From positions 1,075-65,074 of IMG/VR virus record IMGVR_UViG_3300020020_000003: a stretch of 64,000 nt of DNA. One strand, written 5' to 3'. The position numbers and the translations under genes were made by a program. This document shows positions 9,311 to 15,063 of this stretch, piece by piece. Source of the stretch: a virus. How positions within the stretch are numbered: the stretch's first letter is position 1; every line of letters begins with the position of its first letter. Below the pieces are notes generated by a model, which was not told the DNA's origin, ran no database searches, and saw nothing but the letters and a program-made list of their open reading frames with translations.

Positions 9311-9403
9311 GGGCTTCCGCCTATGCGGACGAGGTCCGCATTTCTTAACCCATTTCTCTTTATCGTGCCCGAGGAACAGGGCTTCGTCATACTCTACAAT
9401 CAC
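9308..9403 (-). CDS. possible 31-aa peptide (not in ORF track)
   Basis: GTG start overlapping upstream stop; TGA stop is the first triplet of hairpin copy 2. Confidence 0.35.
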   Translation of the reverse strand: MIVEYDEALFLGHDKEKWVKKCGPRPHRRKP

Positions 9404-9660
9404 TACTTGTTCCTTCCGGTGTATTTCAGAACGCGCATTGCGTAGACGTCTTCGGCTTCTGCTCGATTCTCGCAGTAGCTTCCCATGTGGAAGCCGCCGT
9501 CTTGCTCGTTGAAGAAGTGAATCGCAAAGGGGCGAGTCACGTCATGTATCCTGCACATTACGATAGCGCCGGGCGCCTGCACGCCATCGCCAGCCACAGG
9601 GACCGATTTAATCACTGTCCATCCTTTGTAGGTGGCGCAGTCTTGTATTGAGTATGTCAT
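9403..9660 (-). CDS. small hypothetical protein
   Basis: coupled ORF; GGFHMGSY motif. Confidence 0.55.
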   Translation of the reverse strand: MTYSIQDCATYKGWTVIKSVPVAGDGVQAPGAIVMCRIHDVTRPFAIHFFNEQDGGFHMGSYCENRAEAEDVYAMRVLKYTGRNK

Positions 9661-9962
9661 TAGCGCACCACCTTATTGAGCGTCTCGCCGCACAGATCGA
9701 CGTATGCAGCGGTGCTGTTCGTGCTGTCGTGATAGAAAGCGTCTCTGTGCGAGCGGGGTGTCCCATTCGCTAGATTGTTGTCGTACCAGTGCATAACTTC
9801 TACCTGGTTGAACTGGCAGTGAAGTCCAAGCTTGAACTCACCGCAGACCATGCGGTCGATGTCATGGAACGTAACGACACCATCATCGTGCAGCGTTGCA
9901 ATGATACGTTGACCATGAACAGTATATTTCCGGCCGGTGTTGAATGCGATCTTCTTAGACAT
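9660..9962 (-). CDS. small hypothetical protein
   Basis: FNTGRKYT..GQRI..F.DIDR motif; coupled ORF. Confidence 0.55.
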   Translation of the reverse strand: MSKKIAFNTGRKYTVHGQRIIATLHDDGVVTFHDIDRMVCGEFKLGLHCQFNQVEVMHWYDNNLANGTPRSHRDAFYHDSTNSTAAYVDLCGETLNKVVR

Positions 9963-9967
9963 AGCGT

Positions 9968-10186
9968 TCAGTCCTTCTGTTGTGATTTACCAAGATTGTT
10001 AACGAGAGCAGTCCATTGCTCTTCAGTCTCGCAGTACACTCCCGCGTCGTCACCCCATTGCTCGTTTGTGGTGTCATAGATGTTGCGATGCGGACCGTCG
10101 TGTCCCGCAAACCGGTTGCAACCCTTCAGGTTGAACTTAGCGTGCGAGCACACATTAGGATTCTTTGGTCCAGCGTACCAGCCCAT
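9968..10186 (-). CDS. small hypothetical protein, possible Zn-binding
   Basis: C...C...GHDGPH motif; GGAGG RBS. Confidence 0.5.
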   Translation of the reverse strand: MGWYAGPKNPNVCSHAKFNLKGCNRFAGHDGPHRNIYDTTNEQWGDDAGVYCETEEQWTALVNNLGKSQQKD

Positions 10187-10187
10187 G

Positions 10188-10370
10188 TCAGACCTCCGTA
10201 GGGGTTAGAGTAACGGTATACGCCGCCGGCAGATACTCGTTTCTGCGGACGTAGATCGGTTGCAGCGTAGGCTTGAATTTCTTCTCGCCCTTGTCGTCAA
10301 GCTCAGCATACTCTGCCACAGACTTGTGCTCTTTGATGAGCGTCATAACAACGGTGATTGTGGGGCTCAT
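10188..10370 (-). CDS. small hypothetical protein
   Basis: coupled ORF. Confidence 0.5.
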   Translation of the reverse strand: MSPTITVVMTLIKEHKSVAEYAELDDKGEKKFKPTLQPIYVRRNEYLPAAYTVTLTPTEV

Positions 10371-10627
10371 AACGAAGCAACCTTCTGTGTGGCAGTCTGG
10401 AAGCGCACTGTCTCACCAACGATGTCGTAGGGGACCTTTTTGGTGATCAGCTGCTCGGCAGCGAACTTCGGAATGTTCCAAGTGGACGCCACAATGTGGA
10501 TCATCCGCTTGCGATCATCGGCGAACTGCGCTGCATTGATCGCCCACTGAACGATGCCAGGGGCGTAGACGAGCTTGGAGGAAGCTAAGGAGTAGACGCG
10601 GGATACGGGTTTTGCGGTTGGAGACAT
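10367..10627 (-). CDS. small hypothetical protein (first gene of left operon)
   Basis: AAGGAC RBS before ATG 10627; the longer ORF-track start overlaps the predicted promoter. Confidence 0.5.
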   Translation of the reverse strand: MSPTAKPVSRVYSLASSKLVYAPGIVQWAINAAQFADDRKRMIHIVASTWNIPKFAAEQLITKKVPYDIVGETVRFQTATQKVASL

Positions 10628-10687
10628 AGCGGGTAAGTCCTTCTGTTGGCAGAATGAAGCAGTGTTGGGTTCTGGACCCAAAGTAAA

Positions 10688-10716
10688 ATGTAGCATGGAT
10701 CTGGCGGTGATTGCAA
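10688..10716 (-). promoter_or_regulatory. putative sigma70-type leftward promoter
   Basis: minus strand cTTGCAA-N17-CTACAT, close to alphaproteobacterial CTTGAC-N17-CTATAT. Confidence 0.55.
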
Positions 10717-11402
10717 GTATCAAAGCTTTACGAGATGGTGGGCAGTAGCACGGTGGAATAGGAGGTACGTGTTGGTTACACCGGCGCAATGACAAGGGGT
10801 CATAGTTGTAGACAACTTATCATAGTTGTACGAGTTACCGGGCTGTAGTGGGGCTGTCTAAGCTGGTTTAAATAGGTAGTCGAGTAGGATAGGGTGAGGA
10901 ACGGCAAATGGGGAAATCTAGGAAATATGAATTACAATGGTGTAGGGATGAATTCTAAAAGAATACCCGGCAAATCTGGAAAAGGGCTGGCACGGGGAAA
11001 TATTTTTCGCCGGGGGGCCCCCTTTAAGGGGAGCGTGTCAAACGTGTCATGTAGTTTGCAACCTCGAACGTGACAACAGAAAAGAGATGAGCTCTTACTT
11101 AGTTATATATTTATATATTTCTATTATATATATAATTAAAGAAAACAAGCACTTAACCCCCGAATGTCCACTTATCTTCTATATTTATCGTTTTTATATG
11201 GGATTTTCGCTTGTCTTCCTCGAGTATTCATGTTTATCTCTTTGTTTTTTCTTATTCTTGGTCGAGCTAATTTGCCCCTAGGCCAACTTTCGCCTGACGC
11301 ATTTTTCATTTGCATCCCACAACGTTCTATGCTACGGTAGCAAATGGAGCGCGTCATCAGTTTCCTAAGGGAGACCAGTGCTCCAGTTAGAGTAAGTTCG
11401 GA

Positions 11403-11504
11403 GCTCGAGTCTCTGCAGGGGCTCGAGTCTTCGGTCGAGTATGAGTTCGATGGTCGAGTAGATGGTCGAGTCTTTTCTCGGCTCGAGTCTTTAGCCGGTC
11501 GAGT
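11403..11504. repeat. G(G/C)TCGAGT direct-repeat array, copy B
   Basis: seven units at 11403, 11421, 11433, 11452, 11464, 11481, 11497. Confidence 0.8.
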
Positions 11505-11564
11505 CTTCTTTCGATCGGATCTATCCTGCGCTGTTTGACATTGTGGAAGGTTCGTTCAAGACAA

Positions 11565-11700
11565 ATAAGCCGAGGCAGGGCTTATCTGCCTATTCTGATA
11601 GTGAGACCAATGCCACTGAGATACCTCCAGACAGAGCGATGTATAGTCCCTATAGGGGACGCCGAAGCGGCGGCTGGAGAATGACTGTCAGTGTGGTGTG
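11565..11700 (+). ncRNA. putative structured RNA upstream of tRNA-like element
   Basis: nested helices CACTGA/TCAGTG, CTCCAG/CTGGAG, GTCCC/GGGAC, GCCG/CGGC, ATAAGCC/GGCTTAT; TTGACA at 11535. Confidence 0.35.
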
Positions 11701-11712
11701 AAATCGAATGTA

Positions 11713-11782
11713 TCGCAAGTAGTGTAACGGAAGCACCAGCTCCTCCAAGGCTGAGATCGGTTCGACTCCGACTTGCGAGCCA
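11713..11782 (+). tRNA. atypical 70-nt tRNA-like gene (anticodon most simply TCC, Gly; Trp-like features)
   Basis: acceptor TCGCAAG/CTTGCGA, encoded CCA, D-arm GTGT/GCAC, TTCGACT T-loop; lacks N26, 4-bp T-stem, C33, G73. Confidence 0.6.
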
Positions 11783-12032
11783 ATCTGTGCGAAGTGCCGA
11801 TATATAATATATGTGCGTCGGTGCCGTCTCACCATCGAAGAATTTCGATTTTCGAAAATATATAGAATCGCCCGAGGCCACTCGACTACCGGTCGCCTCA
11901 AGCCTCGAGAAACGGTACCAGGATCAACCTCCGGTGTCGCCGAAAATCAACTCGACGCATATCAGCGATGCATTTCTGCATATCCCTTGAATTTTTGAAT
12001 TTCGTGTTTAGCTTCAGTTGAGGAGATTGAAA

Positions 12033-12194
12033 ATGAAGAACGAAGTGACAAAAATTGAAGTGTTGATTTCGGACGACACGGTTTTCGTGCGGCTTGACGG
12101 CGACTGCGTGGCGGTGCTTGAAAAAGCGGAATACGCGGTGCAGATGGGCGACGGGGCGACGCTCATTGTGTTTTCAAAGAAGACAACTGACTAA
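12033..12194 (+). CDS. 53-aa hypothetical protein, lone rightward gene (not in ORF track)
   Basis: GAGGAG RBS; MKNEVTKIEVLISDDTVFVRLDGDCV... Confidence 0.5.
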   Translation: MKNEVTKIEVLISDDTVFVRLDGDCVAVLEKAEYAVQMGDGATLIVFSKKTTD

Positions 12195-12217
12195 CCGGGC
12201 GCTGCGCAGCGGTCACG

Positions 12218-12248
12218 AAAAAGCGACCCCTCTTGCGAGGGGCCGCTT
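12218..12248 (-). terminator. intrinsic terminator (GCAA tetraloop)
   Basis: minus strand AAGCGGCCCCTC-GCAA-GAGGGGTCGCTT-TTT. Confidence 0.65.
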
Positions 12249-12267
12249 CTGCAGATCAGCTATGCGA

Positions 12268-12474
12268 TTAGCGCCGGATGCGAATGCGACGGTCGCAAGA
12301 CGTGGAGCCAGCGTTGTCCACCGCGTAGCGCAGGCCTCGCTTGGCGATAAGCGTTTCCAGGCATGCAGCGTATTCTTTATCGCTGCGAATGACTGTCGCT
12401 TCAGTAGCAGCGACAGCAGAAGCGGCGCAAGCGGCCGCGAGTAGCGCGAAAGCGCGAAGGGCGTATTGCCTCAT
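12268..12474 (-). CDS. small exported protein (signal peptide)
   Basis: MRQYALRAFALLAAACAASAVAA hydrophobic leader; 2 Cys in mature part. Confidence 0.55.
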   Translation of the reverse strand: MRQYALRAFALLAAACAASAVAATEATVIRSDKEYAACLETLIAKRGLRYAVDNAGSTSCDRRIRIRR

Positions 12475-12656
12475 TGAAGTAGCTCCCATTGTGCAGGTGT
12501 CAGATCAGGAAACACGACCGCGAGCGGCTCGTCGTTATTGAGCAACCACTCGCGATAACGTTCAAACTGATTTCGCGTTAAGTCTAATGACTTCCCATTG
12601 ACGGTGACCACGTAGTGATCGTCGTCAATTTCAGCTGATGTGCGAATCGTACGCAT
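12471..12656 (-). CDS. small phage protein, paralog of 8118-8357
   Basis: YREW...FPDLTPAQWELL; GAGGA RBS. Confidence 0.6.
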   Translation of the reverse strand: MRTIRTSAEIDDDHYVVTVNGKSLDLTRNQFERYREWLLNNDEPLAVVFPDLTPAQWELLQ

Positions 12657-12676
12657 TTTCAGTTCCTCTGCTATGC

Positions 12677-12704
12677 AAAAAAGGGGGACGCTTGCGCGTC
12701 CCCC
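12677..12704 (-). terminator. strong intrinsic terminator (GCAA tetraloop)
   Basis: minus strand GGGGGACGC-GCAA-GCGTCCCCC-TTTTTT. Confidence 0.8.
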
Positions 12705-12721
12705 GATTTGCGGTGTGTCGC

Positions 12722-13108
12722 TTACTTGCGGCCGTGGAACTTGCGCCAGGCGTAGAACTCCTGGCTGGCGTTGGACACGTTCCAGTTGTTCTCCACTGCG
12801 TGATCACGGAGGTGCTTCACCGTCGGGTGAGTACCAGCTGCGACGAGCTCATCGCAGGCGTTCCACACCTGCCAGCACTTGCCCCCTTCACGCGGGTACT
12901 TCTTGGTCTTGACAACTTCTGCGGGGGCAGCGACTTCCGTCGCTTCCGCAGGGGTTTCCACCGTTTCCGTGGGCGCAACGGGCGCTTCCGGGGTTTCCAC
13001 CGCTTCCACGGGGGTCTCCACCGTTTCCACGACGGTGGTGGAAATCTCCGACTCCACCACAGGGGTGGCGACGGTGACGGACTGCGACTTGCGATTACGA
13101 CGAGACAT
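12722..13108 (-). CDS. probable DNA-binding protein: acidic VETP-repeat linker plus KfrA_N-like C-terminal domain
   Basis: own promoter, GGAG RBS and terminator; CDELVAAGTHPTVKHLR...ASQEFYAWRK resembles the KfrA N-terminal HTH. Confidence 0.65.
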   Translation of the reverse strand: MSRRNRKSQSVTVATPVVESEISTTVVETVETPVEAVETPEAPVAPTETVETPAEATEVAAPAEVVKTKKYPREGGKCWQVWNACDELVAAGTHPTVKHLRDHAVENNWNVSNASQEFYAWRKFHGRK

Positions 13109-13184
13109 AGCGATAACTCCAGCTTATGTTTGACGCGCGCGGCGGATGCAGGGCGCGGAAACAGCAACACGCTGCTTCCCCCTA

Positions 13185-13213
13185 TATATGCGACTTGCAT
13201 GCCTAAGATGCAA
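13185..13213 (-). promoter_or_regulatory. putative sigma70-type leftward promoter
   Basis: minus strand TTGCAT-N17-CATATA. Confidence 0.55.
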
Positions 13214-13429
13214 CGGCGGTAAACGCATACCAGGTATGCCCCCCGGGGTGAACACCAAAACCACCTCAATTATCCACCGAGGCGGCAGGTCGTTCGCACG
13301 TTTTCCCATTTTTGATTCGGTCCTCTAAATATCTTCACCCCTAAAATTCCTCTCCTTGATTTTCACTTCTTGCGCGCGCCCTAAAACTGAATCGGTCATC
13401 TGACCCCAACAACCCAGAAGGCTCCGTCC

Positions 13430-14005
13430 ATGCAGACAGACCCCATCCCACTCCTAGACCCCACCTTCCTTATCCTTAGATGTCACCCACGCGACACGAT
13501 TCCCCTTTCAATCCTCCATCCCTATCTCTACTGCCCGACTACATCTATTCTCATCCGTAAAGGACCCTCCCGCACACGAACCCATGTGGTGTTCCCTATT
13601 CTCCCTTCGTTTCTTTTTCTTCCGACCCATCTCCCACTCCCAACTCCAGCCCACAAACTCCATGCGATGAAACGACCCCACTCACATCCCTCCCACCCCC
13701 ATCTTTTCTCCATCAATAACCCCCTACCTGACACCATCCCCAGACGACCTCCAACATCTTTCGCTTATTGTTTTCTTTCTGAGATAGAGGTTATGACATC
13801 GCAACACCATATCCTTTCTCTTCCGGCTGACTTTCCCTTTACGATTGGTTCTCGTGTTGAGGTCACTGATGGCCTCCTTGCTGGCGCGCAAGGAATAATT
13901 ACAAATATTAGGACAAATAGAGATATCACATTGAAAATCCAGCAACATTTGGGATGGCAATTTTCCACTTGCATCGTTAACGCGAGTGTGTTACGCTCTC
14001 TGTAG
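13430..14005 (+). CDS. NusG/RfaH-family paralog (NGN + KOW), candidate late antiterminator
   Basis: FLILRC...LYCPT...R...V.FPILPSFLF resembles NGN; FTIGSRVEVTDGLLAGAQGII is a clear KOW motif. Confidence 0.65.
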   Translation: MQTDPIPLLDPTFLILRCHPRDTIPLSILHPYLYCPTTSILIRKGPSRTRTHVVFPILPSFLFLPTHLPLPTPAHKLHAMKRPHSHPSHPHLFSINNPLPDTIPRRPPTSFAYCFLSEIEVMTSQHHILSLPADFPFTIGSRVEVTDGLLAGAQGIITNIRTNRDITLKIQQHLGWQFSTCIVNASVLRSL

Positions 14006-14154
14006 GTGTTCAAGTTGTGCCTCTCTTTAACTTTCAGGTGTGTTCAGCCGCAAGCGCACACCGACCCCTGCGATGTAGTGGACCCCTTCACACATCGCCT
14101 CGCCTCTGATCCCGCTCAGAGGCACTGTTGAAGTCATGCGTGCAATTGAACACC
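14005..14154 (+). ncRNA. putative 150-nt multi-stem RNA element
   Basis: closing helix GGTGTTCAA/TTGAACACC plus inner hairpins GGTGTG/CACACC, GCGATGT/ACATCGC, GCCTCTGA/TCAGAGGC. Confidence 0.5.
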
Positions 14155-14216
14155 AACCTGTTTTCTTTGTACCCTTGAGTACCACGACCTCTAAGATTCG
14201 CCAATCTACTACTTCA

Positions 14217-14250
14217 ATGACTGGGCCCCCTGAGAGCCCAGTCATTTTTT
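14217..14250 (+). terminator. intrinsic terminator just upstream of terS
   Basis: ATGACTGGGC-N9-GCCCAGTCAT followed by TTTTT. Confidence 0.75.
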
Positions 14251-14269
14251 ATGACTATATATCAGCACC

Positions 14270-14779
14270 ATGAGCACACCCTCCCAACCCTCCTCTATTC
14301 AGGTGAATCTGACTCCCGTTAACCTTACTGCGGAGTTGCAGAAGGTTCACTTGTCCGATTCCCTTACTCGTGATCAGCACGCTGACTTACGCACGTTGAT
14401 ACTGGACGCTGCGGCGGCGATCGGTATGGATGGGTCCGGGCGTGATGGTCTCCTTGGTTATTTGAAATACGCAGCGAGCACCTTCCCGAAGCAGTATCTC
14501 CAGGTTATTGCTAAGGTGCTTCCGTTACAGATTGATTCCAAGTCCACGATCAACGTGATCGAGCATGTGAACATCGTGTCGGTACCTTCTGATCGATACA
14601 TGCCTCGCCAGGCTTTCGCTAACGAGAAAGTTGAGGTTCCCAATCTAGCTAACAATCTGGTAGATATTACTGATCTGAATCTTGACGCCACCTCCGACGC
14701 CATTCAGACCATCGAGGATGTGTTGAACAACCCCACTCCTGTTTCACTCGATGTCACACTTCCAGACGATGCTGCCTAG
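14270..14779 (+). CDS. terS: terminase small subunit (probable)
   Basis: DGLLGYL..AA...PK.Y...IAKVLPLQI motif of alphaproteobacterial phage TerS-like proteins; position before TerL. Confidence 0.6.
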   Translation: MSTPSQPSSIQVNLTPVNLTAELQKVHLSDSLTRDQHADLRTLILDAAAAIGMDGSGRDGLLGYLKYAASTFPKQYLQVIAKVLPLQIDSKSTINVIEHVNIVSVPSDRYMPRQAFANEKVEVPNLANNLVDITDLNLDATSDAIQTIEDVLNNPTPVSLDVTLPDDAA

Positions 14780-14781
14780 CA

Positions 14782-15063
14782 GTGAGGTTCCGTCCTGGAG
14801 ATCTACCAGAAGGTGACCCCTCCCAGCCCAATACTCCCGTCGAGTGGGAAGACAATGCAATCTCCAATCTCTTTGCTTACCTCAGCCACAAGCTTACTCC
14901 TTCCTGGTGTCAGACACCCGAGCACTGGACGTCCCGACTCACCCAATACCTGTTTACGGACTGTCCTTGCTGCATTCTGTTTCGTGGTATCTCTGTTGGT
15001 CTATTACTGGGTCTACCGCTTGGTATGGTCTTGGTTATCTTAATCGCCTTGGTTACAAAATGA
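14782..15063 (+). CDS. small membrane protein with CPCC motif
   Basis: C-terminal hydrophobic helix; fills the gap between terS and terL. Confidence 0.45.
   Translation: MRFRPGDLPEGDPSQPNTPVEWEDNAISNLFAYLSHKLTPSWCQTPEHWTSRLTQYLFTDCPCCILFRGISVGLLLGLPLGMVLVILIALVTK

Noticed and set aside
11403-11504. TCGAG arrays as a mini-CRISPR
   Set aside because: 8-bp units with 4-11 bp gaps; no 25-45 bp repeats or constant-length unique spacers
11595-11700. Resemblance to TPP or glycine riboswitch or hammerhead (CTGAGATACC, GCCGAAG, CTGATAG)
   Set aside because: Only isolated words match; the required companion motifs and topology are absent
11565-11782. Permuted alphaproteobacterial tmRNA
   Set aside because: Full anticodon arm present, no Ala-type G3-U70 acceptor and no tag reading frame evident
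11087-11998. Short ORF-track calls across the control block (11087-11281, 11172-11357, 11344-11538, 11582-11881, 11650-11901, 11813-11998)
   Set aside because: Translate low-complexity, repeat or RNA-gene sequence and lack good RBS
14844-15059. N-terminal extension of TerL in the ORF track
   Set aside because: Overlaps the 14782-15063 ORF and is non-protein-like; ATG 15060 is coupled to the upstream stop
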